This document shows, one piece after another, positions 43,804-53,512 of a stretch of DNA of 64,000 nucleotides. The translations under genes and the position numbers were made by a program. The stretch comes from an uncultured cyanobacterium (GTDB lineage: Bacteria; Cyanobacteriota; Cyanobacteriia; Cyanobacteriales; Nostocaceae), in NCBI GenBank assembly GCA_963706595.1, contig OY970166.1, positions 1,696,001-1,760,000 on the forward strand, written 5' to 3'. Positions within the stretch are counted from its first letter, which is position 1. Every line of letters begins with the position of its first letter. A model generated the notes under the pieces. That model was given only the letters and a program-made list of their open reading frames with translations, ran no database searches and was not told where the DNA came from.

Positions 43804-44022
43804 GTTAGCATACCTTTGAAGCAATTGCAAATAAGCTGATTCAAATGAAAAAAAATTAAATTTTGGTAAATGTCCCGCCTAACTCTCTTTTATCACTCAC
43901 CAGAGCAAAAAATATCATGCTCTCCCTGAATTTTGGACATAATCATCGGTGTTTCCGAGACATATATAAGGTGTACCAGTCTCTAATCCTCAGTTTTCGT
44001 CAAACTGCTCGGTACTATACAA

Positions 44023-44074
44023 AACTAAACGGTTTAGTTCTATAATAGAATTATACTAAACCGACTAGTTTAGT
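44023..44074. promoter_or_regulatory. Two ACTAAAC..GTTTAGT palindromes flanking TATAAT; putative TetR operators
   Basis: aactaaacggtttagtt 44023-44039, TATAAT 44041-44046, actaaaccgactagtttagt 44055-44074. Confidence 0.65.
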
Positions 44075-44173
44075 CAAGCTATCTCCAAAAAAAGGAGATG
44101 AAAGGGCGGAGAATAATCGATACTCCAGGACTGATGAATTACAGAATTTTGCTAAAATAAGGACTATTTGAAC

Positions 44174-44791
44174 ATGGCACGCCCAAAAGTGGGAGAAATC
44201 GAGCGCTCAAATTCAGCAGACAAAATGGAAAAAATTCTGCAAGGGGCGATGCAAGAATTTTTAGCTCATGGTTATGCTTCCACTAGCATGGATCGGGTAG
44301 CAGAAGCGGCTGGGGTTTCTAAGGCCACAGTATACAGTCACTTTCAAGATAAAAAAGGATTATTTAAAGCATTAATTGAGAAACTTGCCAGAAAACGGTT
44401 TTATTCCATATTGGGGTCACAACCGCTAACAGGAGAACCTTATGTAGTACTGCGTCGATTAGCCGCAACTGCATTGAATCAGATGGTTAACGATCAGGAA
44501 TATCAGTCATTTGAGCGCCTGTTGATGGGAGAATCGGCACGTTTTCCGGAGTTGGCGCAGGTATTTATTTACAGCATGGCAAAACCAGCCATTGAGACGA
44601 TCAGTAAATATTTAGCTTCTCACCCGGAATTGAAGATACCTGATCCAGAAGCCACAGCCAGAATTCTCATTGGCTCGTTGGTGCATTTCGTGATTACGCA
44701 AGAAATTATGCATGGTAAAGAGATTATACCAATGGAAAGCGATCGCTTAATAGATGCTTTAACACACTTGATTGTTAATTGTGCTGATTGA
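44174..44791 (+). CDS. TetR/AcrR family regulator
   Basis: SMDRVAEAAGVSKATVYSHFQDK HTH; divergent from devBCA-like operon. Confidence 0.93.
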   Translation: MARPKVGEIERSNSADKMEKILQGAMQEFLAHGYASTSMDRVAEAAGVSKATVYSHFQDKKGLFKALIEKLARKRFYSILGSQPLTGEPYVVLRRLAATALNQMVNDQEYQSFERLLMGESARFPELAQVFIYSMAKPAIETISKYLASHPELKIPDPEATARILIGSLVHFVITQEIMHGKEIIPMESDRLIDALTHLIVNCAD

Positions 44792-44901
44792 CCTAGCAAT
44801 GGAACTTCATTGCAAACTCTTTCGGAAGAAGGAACTCATTATGTCTGTGATTTTTTAGATTGTTCTTAGTAGATGTATAAATTTTCATTAGGCAAAATAT
44901 C

Positions 44902-45228
44902 ATGGCTAAGGAACAAGAAAATCAAATAAATCAGCCAGTCAGTCAAGATTGGCATTCCAGAGAAGAGCCAACAGCCAAGGAAAGACACTTAACAGCGAAT
45001 CCGGGAGATGTAATTGAGGAATCGAAATCACTCCAAGAGAAGGCGAAACAAGTAGCTGTGGATGCACCTGATATTACAGGTGATCACATTACCGTCCCAA
45101 CTTACTTTGTTGTGGAATACCCTGATGGGACAAAAAAGGCACTGCATCATGTCAGAGATGCAGAAGAAATTTCTGATGTGATTCGTCAAGCACGAGTAGA
45201 CGAAGATGGAAATCGCCTTTGGTGGTAG
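44902..45228 (+). CDS. Hypothetical hydrophilic protein
   Basis: ORF track, 108 aa. Confidence 0.7.
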   Translation: MAKEQENQINQPVSQDWHSREEPTAKERHLTANPGDVIEESKSLQEKAKQVAVDAPDITGDHITVPTYFVVEYPDGTKKALHHVRDAEEISDVIRQARVDEDGNRLWW

Positions 45229-45459
45229 TTTCGTGTAGTTTCAATTGAGTAGATTTATTGAACTGGGAAACTTCCATACAAGTCCAAAATTAGCCCTGGT
45301 TGGCTGTCATCAGCACATCTGGGAAATTTATGTAAAATAAGTTTTCTACAAGCAGTATTGCCAAGGGTATTCACAAGACAAAAAAACCACGCTGAAAAGC
45401 GTGGAATTTTATAATTTTACGGCGGGAAGATGATAAATAACCACTTTTAAAACATCCCC

Positions 45460-46323
45460 TTAACGGCATAACAATACAGGAATATTGCTACTTCTGAGCA
45501 GTTGGGCGGTGGTACTGCCAATTACTAAATTACGAATGCGGCTATGTCCGTAAGCTCCCATGAGTAAAAGGCTGATATCTTGTTGGGTAACATAATTGCC
45601 TATGACTTTTTCTGATTCACCTTCTATGAGGCTACAAACTGGCTTATATCCTGCTTTTTGCAAAACTTGTTGAGCTTCATTGAGTCTGTCCATTCCTGTT
45701 TGCACTGTGTTACTTTTAGCCACCGTCAGTAGATGGATCTCTAAATTTTGGAAGCTAGGAGAATCTACTAAAAATTGCAAGAGTTTTTTCCCAGTTGCAC
45801 TACCGTCATAGGCGATTAAAATACGCGAAATCGGTTTAAATTCACGGGGTATCACTAAGCATGGCTGACTACTACTCCGCACAATCCGATCTACATTTGC
45901 CCCTAAATGTCCAGAGGCAAAATCTGCGGCTTCTCCCCGTTGACCTAGAACAATTAAATCGGAATATTTTTCAAATTCATGAAAACAATCTACCAGAAAT
46001 CCGGTTTTATTAGTTAACTTAAAATCTTCGATGCCTTCAGCTTTCAGAGTTTCGCCAGCAGTCTGCAAAATCAAGCGGGCGCGTTGATTGTTCAGTTTGG
46101 CTTTTTTATGTTCTAACTCCACCAATTCATGCAGCAAGTTTTCGGAAGCATCAAGCCCAATGCTACCGCTTAAATTGCCAGTGGAAACTACTTTTTGGCT
46201 GCGAATATCGGTGACAAACAAAACATTGATGTGGGCATGAAATTGACGAGCAAACCAAGCTCCATATTTATAAACATTTTCCGCAAAAGCTGAACCATCG
46301 GTACAAAGTAAGATATTTTTCAT
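45460..46323 (-). CDS. Tandem-domain universal stress protein
   Basis: ILLCTDGS, LIVLGQRG, LMGAYGHSRIRNLVIGSTT. Confidence 0.92.
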   Translation of the reverse strand: MKNILLCTDGSAFAENVYKYGAWFARQFHAHINVLFVTDIRSQKVVSTGNLSGSIGLDASENLLHELVELEHKKAKLNNQRARLILQTAGETLKAEGIEDFKLTNKTGFLVDCFHEFEKYSDLIVLGQRGEAADFASGHLGANVDRIVRSSSQPCLVIPREFKPISRILIAYDGSATGKKLLQFLVDSPSFQNLEIHLLTVAKSNTVQTGMDRLNEAQQVLQKAGYKPVCSLIEGESEKVIGNYVTQQDISLLLMGAYGHSRIRNLVIGSTTAQLLRSSNIPVLLCR

Positions 46324-46368
46324 TCTGGCTTGACTCCCTGGATATAGAAACATTAGAAGGTAAACATA

Positions 46369-47841
46369 TTACTGCTTTTTCAGAGTTTCGGCGTTTTGAG
46401 AAATTGCTAATTTATTGAGCAAAGTGGCACTAGCTTCATTGAGTCCGATGAGTTCTACATCTGCTCCATTGCGGCGAAATTTCATGACTGCTTTATCGAG
46501 GACTTCCACTGCACCTTGATCCCAGAGGTGAGCATGAGTTAAATCAATGGTGACGCGCTCGATGAGTTCGGTAAAATCAAAAGACGCGAGAAACTCATCT
46601 CTGGATAAAAAGAAAATTTGTCCGGCTACTTTGTAAATCCGATGTCCGCCATCTTCACTCAGCACTTTATCCACAAATACCAACTGAGCAATCTTATTGG
46701 AGAAGAATACTGTACTCATGACAATACCCGTCACCACGCCGATGGCAAAATTCCGGGTAAAAATTGTCACAAACATTGTTGTTAACATGACGGCGGTTTC
46801 AGTGCGGGGAATACGGGGAATATTTTTTAAGGATGACCAGCGAAATGTCCCAATTGATACCATAATCATCACGGCGACTAATGCGGCCATGGGCATTTGC
46901 TTCACCCAATCCTGTAAAAATAAAATGGCAATTAACAGGAAAACCCCGGCTGCAAGGGTTGACAGTCTTCCTCGTCCGCCAGACTGGACATTAATTACCG
47001 ATTGCCCAATCATCCCACACCCGGCCATACCTCCAAAGAAGGCGGTAACAATATTAGCAATACCTTGTCCTTTGGCTTCTTGATTTTTATCGCTGGGAGT
47101 ATCTGTGAGTTCATCCACCAAAGCAGCAGTTAAGAAGGAAGCCAATAAACCAACGATGGCTAAGGTGAGGGAATAGGGCAGAATAATCTTTAATGTGGTC
47201 AGATTCCACGGCACTTGGGGCAGCGCAAAGAAGGGTAAGCTTGAGGGTAGTTCTCCCATATCCCCGACTGTGGGAACTTCAAGTTTGAGCGCGATCGCTG
47301 CTATAGTCATCACAGCTAAAGCCACTAAGGGCGAGGGGACTACTTTGGTGAAGCGAGGTAGTATATAAATAATCCCCAAAGAAAGGATAGTCAGTATATA
47401 TACAGTGGGCGGGACGTTGGTCAGTTGGGGTAATTGAGCCAGAAAAATTAACACCGCCAAGGCGTTGATATAGCCAATCATTACCGCTCTGGGGACAAAT
47501 CTCATTTGTCGCCCTAGTTTTAGCACCCCAAACAAAACTTGAAAGATTCCGGTGAAGAAGGTGGCGGCGAATAAATACTGCAAGCCATGATCTTTGACTA
47601 AATCAATCATTAACAGCGCCATTGCGCCTGTAGCGGCGGAAATTGACCCTGGTCTGCCTCCTAAAAAGGCTGTGATCACTGCAATAATAAATGAAGCGTA
47701 TAGCCCAACTTTGGGATCTACCCCGGCAATGATTGAAAAAGCGATCGCTTCGGGGATGAGTGCCAACCCCACTACTGCACCCGCCATCATGTCTCGCTGA
47801 GTGTTAAAAAACCACTCTCGCCTCAAAATTGTTGCGTTCAA
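46369..47841 (-). CDS. SulP family anion transporter with STAS domain
   Basis: [40 protein letters not shown]. Confidence 0.93.
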   Translation of the reverse strand: MNATILRREWFFNTQRDMMAGAVVGLALIPEAIAFSIIAGVDPKVGLYASFIIAVITAFLGGRPGSISAATGAMALLMIDLVKDHGLQYLFAATFFTGIFQVLFGVLKLGRQMRFVPRAVMIGYINALAVLIFLAQLPQLTNVPPTVYILTILSLGIIYILPRFTKVVPSPLVALAVMTIAAIALKLEVPTVGDMGELPSSLPFFALPQVPWNLTTLKIILPYSLTLAIVGLLASFLTAALVDELTDTPSDKNQEAKGQGIANIVTAFFGGMAGCGMIGQSVINVQSGGRGRLSTLAAGVFLLIAILFLQDWVKQMPMAALVAVMIMVSIGTFRWSSLKNIPRIPRTETAVMLTTMFVTIFTRNFAIGVVTGIVMSTVFFSNKIAQLVFVDKVLSEDGGHRIYKVAGQIFFLSRDEFLASFDFTELIERVTIDLTHAHLWDQGAVEVLDKAVMKFRRNGADVELIGLNEASATLLNKLAISQNAETLKKQ

Positions 47842-48277
47842 GTTTCCTCCTAGCGCCGTTATTCATCTAAAGTTACCAGCATTTTGGCGCACTTGAATTA
47901 GTTCACCTGTCAAAAATATCTCGGCAATCAAGCATACTAATTTGCAGAGTTAGATAGTATGCGGAAGGCTGAATAAGTGAATAGCTCGCGCCGACAAACT
48001 ATTATGAAGAACCAAATCAATCCACAGCCTAAACTAGTGGGATGCGATGATATCGCTCAAACTGAATGAAAGTTTGCCTATTTTCCGGCAATAATAGCTT
48101 TAATGCTGCTGTTTACTGCAAGGATCAGGCTGCTCTTTAAGGTGGACAATCCCAACTAATTAAGGCTACCGAAGAGATTGTTACCTGCAACATTATCCAA
48201 ACCTGATTACTACTGAACAACTACAAGGGCGTTGATGAATTTATCGCTAGCATACCACGGCAATGTAAAGATTTGCA

Positions 48278-49324
48278 ATGAAAAAACAAACAACCCGACA
48301 AATTACCCTGAATGGCAAACCACCCATTGTGATTGCACACCGGGGAGCTAGTGGTGAATTACCAGAGCATACTTTGGCAGCTTACAAACTGGCCATTGAA
48401 CGCGGTGCAGACTTCATTGAACCTGACCTAGTTTCTACTCAGGATGGGGTTTTGGTTGCACGACACGAACCCAATATGATTAATACTACAGATGTCGCAA
48501 ATCGTCCAGAATTTAGCGATCGCTTCACCACTAAAATCATTGATGGAGTTGCTCAAACAGGTTTTTTTGCCTGTGACTTCACTCTATCTGAAATCAAAAT
48601 CCTGCGGGCAATTATGCCGCAAGACTTCCGCCCCCAAGAGTTTAACGGTATTTATGAAATTCCGACTTTAGCGGAAATCATTCAGTTAGTTCAGCAAACA
48701 GAAGCTGATACAGGCCAGAAAATTGGCATTTATCCCGAAACCAAACACCCAACTTTCCACGCTGCTTTGAATTTGTCTTTAGAAGCAAACCTACTAGAAA
48801 CCTTAGAAATAAATGGTTTTACTGACCCCAGTCGGATTTATATCCAATCTTTTGAAGTCAGCAACCTCAAAAAACTGAGTCAACAAACTGATATACCTTT
48901 AATTCAGTTATTAAATGCTGGTGGGATCAATCTTGATGGTTCATTGATTGAAACTCAACCCTATGATTTTGTAGTTAGTGCAGATCCGCGCACCTATGCT
49001 GAACTGCGAACCCCAGCAGGTTTAGAAGAAATTGCTACCTACGCCTCTGGTATTGGTCCCTGGAAACGGATGATTGTTTCAGTTCAGGGTGTTACCGATC
49101 AAACCCTGACTGCACCCACAACCCTGGTGCAAGATGCCCATACTGCTGGCTTGGTTGTACATCCTTATACCTTCCGTAATGAAGAGCGTTTCCTCGCTGC
49201 CGACTACAAAGGCAATCCAGCCTGGGAATACATCCAGTTTATTAATTTAGGTATTGATGGCTACTTTACAGACTTTCCGGGTACAGGTAGTCAAGTGCGC
49301 GACCAAAACAGGCTTGGGATTTAA
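48278..49324 (+). CDS. Glycerophosphodiester phosphodiesterase
   Basis: [41 protein letters not shown]. Confidence 0.93.
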   Translation: MKKQTTRQITLNGKPPIVIAHRGASGELPEHTLAAYKLAIERGADFIEPDLVSTQDGVLVARHEPNMINTTDVANRPEFSDRFTTKIIDGVAQTGFFACDFTLSEIKILRAIMPQDFRPQEFNGIYEIPTLAEIIQLVQQTEADTGQKIGIYPETKHPTFHAALNLSLEANLLETLEINGFTDPSRIYIQSFEVSNLKKLSQQTDIPLIQLLNAGGINLDGSLIETQPYDFVVSADPRTYAELRTPAGLEEIATYASGIGPWKRMIVSVQGVTDQTLTAPTTLVQDAHTAGLVVHPYTFRNEERFLAADYKGNPAWEYIQFINLGIDGYFTDFPGTGSQVRDQNRLGI

Positions 49325-49480
49325 GAGGCAGGGGTGCAGGGTGCAGGGAGCAAGGGGGAGTTAAGAGGCAGGGGTGCAGGGTGCATGCAGGGCGCAAGGG
49401 GGAGTTAAGAGGCAGGGGTGCGGGGTGCAGGGCGCAAGGGGGAGTTAAGAGGCAGGGGTGCAGGGTGCGGGGAGCAAGTT
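49321..49480. repeat. Four tandem ~40-bp G-rich units
   Basis: ttaagaggcaggggtgc.. starting at 49321, 49361, 49405, 49445. Confidence 0.9.
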
Positions 49481-49601
49481 ATGCAATTCTATTAGACCCA
49501 AAAAGCATGATAAAAGTGAATTGTGGGTAAAATTAACCGAAAAATAACCTAGTATCAAAATTTCTAGAGTATTATTGTGAAAAGTATTTTTAAGAAAAAA
49601 T

Positions 49602-50387
49602 ATGACAGGAGTTTTAGAATCGGTCAATGTCTGGCAAGAAGCGGCGAGTAATCTTAATAATTTTTCCACAGCAGAAGTGTTACAACTGCTGGAAAAATAC
49701 CAAATGTTGCCGCAGCTAATCAAAGAGATAGTGCTTGACCAAGCGATCGCACCAATTTCATGTACAACAGAAGAAGAGAAAATTGCTTGGGAAAAGTTAG
49801 CCCAACAATATCAAATTACCTCTGATGATGCGCGTCAGCGTTGGCTTGAGCAAAATAACATGAGTGCAGAACAATTGGATGCGATCGCCATCCGCCAATT
49901 TAAAATAGACAAATTCAAACACCTGACTTGGGGAAACGATTTAGAATCTTATTTTTCACAACGCAAACCCCAATTAGATCGAGTAGTATATTCTCTGATT
50001 AGAACCAATGATGTGGGTATTGCTCAAGAAATCTATTTTCGCCTACAAGCAGGAGAACAAACTTTTGCCGAATTAGCACGGGAATATTCTCAAGGACCAG
50101 AAGCACAAACAAATGGTTTAGTCGGTCCCGTGGAATTGCAAACTATCCATCCAACTTTAGCAAAAATATTAGCTACTAGCCAGCCACAACAACTATTACC
50201 ACCCACTCAATTAGAAAACTGGATAGTCATAGTCCGCCTAGAGAAGTTGTTGCTGACACAGTTAGATAATTCCCTACGCCAACGCTTGCTAAATGAAAAG
50301 TTTCATACTTGGCTACAAGCCCAAATAGTAGCGCAAAATTCCCAAATTCAGCCCAGAGGAAATGCCACAGTGAAAATATCAACCTAA
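49602..50387 (+). CDS. PpiC-type peptidylprolyl isomerase (T1SS-associated)
   Basis: LDRVVYSLIR, FAELAREYSQGPEA..GLVGP. Confidence 0.9.
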   Translation: MTGVLESVNVWQEAASNLNNFSTAEVLQLLEKYQMLPQLIKEIVLDQAIAPISCTTEEEKIAWEKLAQQYQITSDDARQRWLEQNNMSAEQLDAIAIRQFKIDKFKHLTWGNDLESYFSQRKPQLDRVVYSLIRTNDVGIAQEIYFRLQAGEQTFAELAREYSQGPEAQTNGLVGPVELQTIHPTLAKILATSQPQQLLPPTQLENWIVIVRLEKLLLTQLDNSLRQRLLNEKFHTWLQAQIVAQNSQIQPRGNATVKIST

Positions 50388-50435
50388 CTTTTGGGTTGTA
50401 GTTATGAATACACTTCTAAATATACTTATCCGGGT

Positions 50436-53435
50436 ATGACTTATATTGCAAGTTCCTTTCAAGAATTTATTTCAAAGCTAGAGGGGTTTGAACATCTACC
50501 CACTCAAGAGATAACTCATCTCTGCCAACAACTACAAGCTTGGCGCTATCGTATAGGACAAAAAATAATTGGGAAAGCTCAACTCCCAGAACAAATTACA
50601 ATTCTTTACGAAGGAAAAGTTCGTTTGTTGGGATATCATCCCCAAACGCAAACACCTACGACATTAAAATTATTACAGCCAGGCGAAATCATCGGTGAGA
50701 TTAGTATATTACGTGAGGTTGCCTGTGAAACCGCGATCGCATCCACCGAAGTTATCTGTCTCAGCTTAAGTAAAAGCGAATATTTACGCCTGCTGACTTC
50801 CTACCCAGACTTTAGCAACACACGCTTAAACCGCAGTCATTTAATCGAAATATTTGATGTTCTCGGTTCACAAGTAGAAAAGCAAGCCAACGCAGTTCCC
50901 AACCTCACAGAACTTGCAGAACAAGCCTTATCCAGAGCCAAAATACATTACCTGAATCCCGGAATCACCTCAGCGAACCAATTAGATAACGAAAATATCT
51001 GGTTTGTTAGTGGTGGTAGTCCAGTCACAAATTTCTCTCCTGGTTCCCGCTTAGAATTCAGTGACACACTTCAAATTAAAGGCACAAATCAGGCGCGTTT
51101 GATTGGTTTATCTCCAGCCGACTTATCATTTTTAGATAGTCATCAGACGCAGACTTCTCCACTCAATATTATCCCAGCAACTATCATTGATGACCTAGAA
51201 ATTCCCTACGCCTATGACCAAGAAAATCCCCAGTCTGAACCACCTCCACAGAAAAATCATCAAAAACATCAAAATTATCCATTTGTTAGCGGTAAAGGCG
51301 AAATAAATAGCATCTTCGCCTGTTTTCAAATGCTCTCGAAACACCTAAAAATACCCTTTCGCAAGGAAGTAATTCGGCGCATTTTAACAGAACAAATCAA
51401 ACGCCAAGGTAATATTTCTTTCCCCGCTTGTGCTTACATAGCCGAGTTAATGGGACTCAAATCCCAGTTAGTAGATTTACCTGTAGCGGCAATTACGCGC
51501 ATTCCTGCACCAGCGCTCATTTATTATGGTGATAGTTACGCTGTTTTATATGAAACCGGAGCTAATACTATTGTTGCAGGTGTACCATCCCAAGGAATTG
51601 TCCGTTGCAAACCTGCGGAATTTATCGCCCAATTAGATATTGATGAAAGCAATTTACCTCCCCAGGTAAAAGTTTTATTACTGTCTGCTACGAAAGAAAC
51701 ACCTCAAGAACGCTTTGGTATTCAATGGTTTATTCCTTATCTGTCAAAGCATCGGCGAGTTCTCATAGAAGTCTTTATTGCTTCGTTCTTTGTCCAGTTA
51801 GCCCAGTTAGCTAATCCCCTCGTAATTCAGCTAATTATCGACAAAGTTATCGTTCAAAATAGCATTAGTACCCTAAATGTTTTAGGAGTTTTGCTCTTAG
51901 TAGTCGGGATATTTGAAGCCTTACTCACCACATTAAGAACTTACTTATTTGTGGATACCACCAACCGCATTGATATGGGTTTGGGGTCAGAAATCATCGA
52001 CCACTTACTACGTCTACCACTGCGCTATTTTGAACGCCGACCTGTAGGTGAACTGGCGACTCGCGTCAACGAATTAGAAAATATTCGGCAATTTCTCACT
52101 GGTACAGCTTTAACAGTCGTATTAGATGCCGTATTTTCGGTAATTTATATTGTCGTCATGCTGTTTTACAGTTGGCAATTAACTTTAGTAGGTTTAGGAA
52201 CAATACCTATATTTATTATTCTGACATTAATTGCTTCTCCCACAATTAGCAAACAATTACGCACCAAAGCTGAACGCAACGCCCATACTCAATCATATTT
52301 AGTTGAGGTAATGTCAGGTATTCAAACAGTAAAAGCGCAAAATATTGAATTACAATCGCGTTTTTCCTGGCAAGAGCGTTATGCACGGTATGTAGCGGCT
52401 GGTTTTAAAACCGTAATCACTTCCACCCTGGCTAATTCTACCAGTAGTTTTCTCAATAAACTCAGTGCATTGTTAGTTTTGTGGTTAGGTTCTTATTTAG
52501 TTTTGCAAGGAGAATTAACTCTCGGTGAATTAATCGCTTTTAGAATTATCTCAGGTTACGTTACTAGCCCCATATTGCGTTTAGCTCAACTTTGGCAAAG
52601 TTTCCAAGAAACTGCTTTGTCGCTGGAGCGTTTAAGTGATATTGTTGACACACCACAAGAAGGTGAAGAAGACAGAGGAAATATTCCTTTACCAGCCATT
52701 TCAGGAAGTGTGAAATTTGAAAATGTTTCCTTCCGATTTGCAACTAGCGGTCCTTTACAACTTTCTAACGTTAATCTGGAAATTGCATCGGGTAAATTTA
52801 TTGGCATTGTCGGACAAAGTGGTTCAGGTAAAAGTACATTAATGAAATTACTGCTGAGACTGTACGAAGTCGAATCGGGCAGAATTTTAATTGATGGTTA
52901 CGATATTTCCAAAGTGGAACTTTATTCCCTGCGGCGACAGGTGGGTGTAGTTCCCCAAGAAACACTATTGTTTGATGGAACTGTTCAGGAAAATATAGCT
53001 TTAACGAATCCCGATTCGACAACTGATGAAATTATTGAAGCGGCTCGTATTGCTGCGGCTCATGATTTTATTATGTCCTTACCCAACGGTTACAATACAC
53101 GGGTAGGAGAACGGGGTGCTGGACTTTCAGGAGGACAAAGACAGAGAATTGCGATCGCTCGTTCTATTTTACAACGACCAAAATTATTAGTTTTAGACGA
53201 AGCCACAAGCGCTCTAGACTATCCCACAGAACGACAAGTTTGTTTAAACTTAGCTAAAGCCTTTCAAGGTAACACAGTCTTTTTTATTACCCACCGCCTC
53301 ACCACTGTTAGCCATGCAGATATGATTGTCGTCATGGATAATGGCAGAGTTATAGAACAAGGAAACCATCAAGAATTAATGGCTGCTAAAGGTCATTATT
53401 TCTATCTTTATCAGCAACAAGAAGTCAATGTTTAA
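50436..53435 (+). CDS. Type I secretion ABC transporter (cNMP-like + C39-like + TMD + ATPase), HlyB family
   Basis: GQSGSGKST, LSGGQRQR, LDEATSALD; YFERRPVGEL. Confidence 0.93.
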   Translation: MTYIASSFQEFISKLEGFEHLPTQEITHLCQQLQAWRYRIGQKIIGKAQLPEQITILYEGKVRLLGYHPQTQTPTTLKLLQPGEIIGEISILREVACETAIASTEVICLSLSKSEYLRLLTSYPDFSNTRLNRSHLIEIFDVLGSQVEKQANAVPNLTELAEQALSRAKIHYLNPGITSANQLDNENIWFVSGGSPVTNFSPGSRLEFSDTLQIKGTNQARLIGLSPADLSFLDSHQTQTSPLNIIPATIIDDLEIPYAYDQENPQSEPPPQKNHQKHQNYPFVSGKGEINSIFACFQMLSKHLKIPFRKEVIRRILTEQIKRQGNISFPACAYIAELMGLKSQLVDLPVAAITRIPAPALIYYGDSYAVLYETGANTIVAGVPSQGIVRCKPAEFIAQLDIDESNLPPQVKVLLLSATKETPQERFGIQWFIPYLSKHRRVLIEVFIASFFVQLAQLANPLVIQLIIDKVIVQNSISTLNVLGVLLLVVGIFEALLTTLRTYLFVDTTNRIDMGLGSEIIDHLLRLPLRYFERRPVGELATRVNELENIRQFLTGTALTVVLDAVFSVIYIVVMLFYSWQLTLVGLGTIPIFIILTLIASPTISKQLRTKAERNAHTQSYLVEVMSGIQTVKAQNIELQSRFSWQERYARYVAAGFKTVITSTLANSTSSFLNKLSALLVLWLGSYLVLQGELTLGELIAFRIISGYVTSPILRLAQLWQSFQETALSLERLSDIVDTPQEGEEDRGNIPLPAISGSVKFENVSFRFATSGPLQLSNVNLEIASGKFIGIVGQSGSGKSTLMKLLLRLYEVESGRILIDGYDISKVELYSLRRQVGVVPQETLLFDGTVQENIALTNPDSTTDEIIEAARIAAAHDFIMSLPNGYNTRVGERGAGLSGGQRQRIAIARSILQRPKLLVLDEATSALDYPTERQVCLNLAKAFQGNTVFFITHRLTTVSHADMIVVMDNGRVIEQGNHQELMAAKGHYFYLYQQQEVNV

Positions 53436-53512
53436 CTGAGTAGAGACGCGATTCATCGCGTCTTTTACAAAATCAATTTCTAATAAATTTTTCACCACAA
53501 AACTAAATCATC

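Noticed and set aside
46369..47841. Bicarbonate transporter bicA
   Set aside because: Short SulP paired with USP looks like a different subfamily; substrate cannot be inferred
48060..48277. Decayed phytase-like fragment upstream of the stand-alone GDPD
   Set aside because: Only a faint cctgattac (PDY) resemblance; not supportable without alignment
49321..49480. Possible CRISPR array
   Set aside because: Units are contiguous with no unique spacers, and no cas genes are present
50436..53435. Bacteriocin/RiPP peptidase exporter
   Set aside because: C39 catalytic residues appear absent, no double-glycine precursor nearby, and RTX cargo is adjacent
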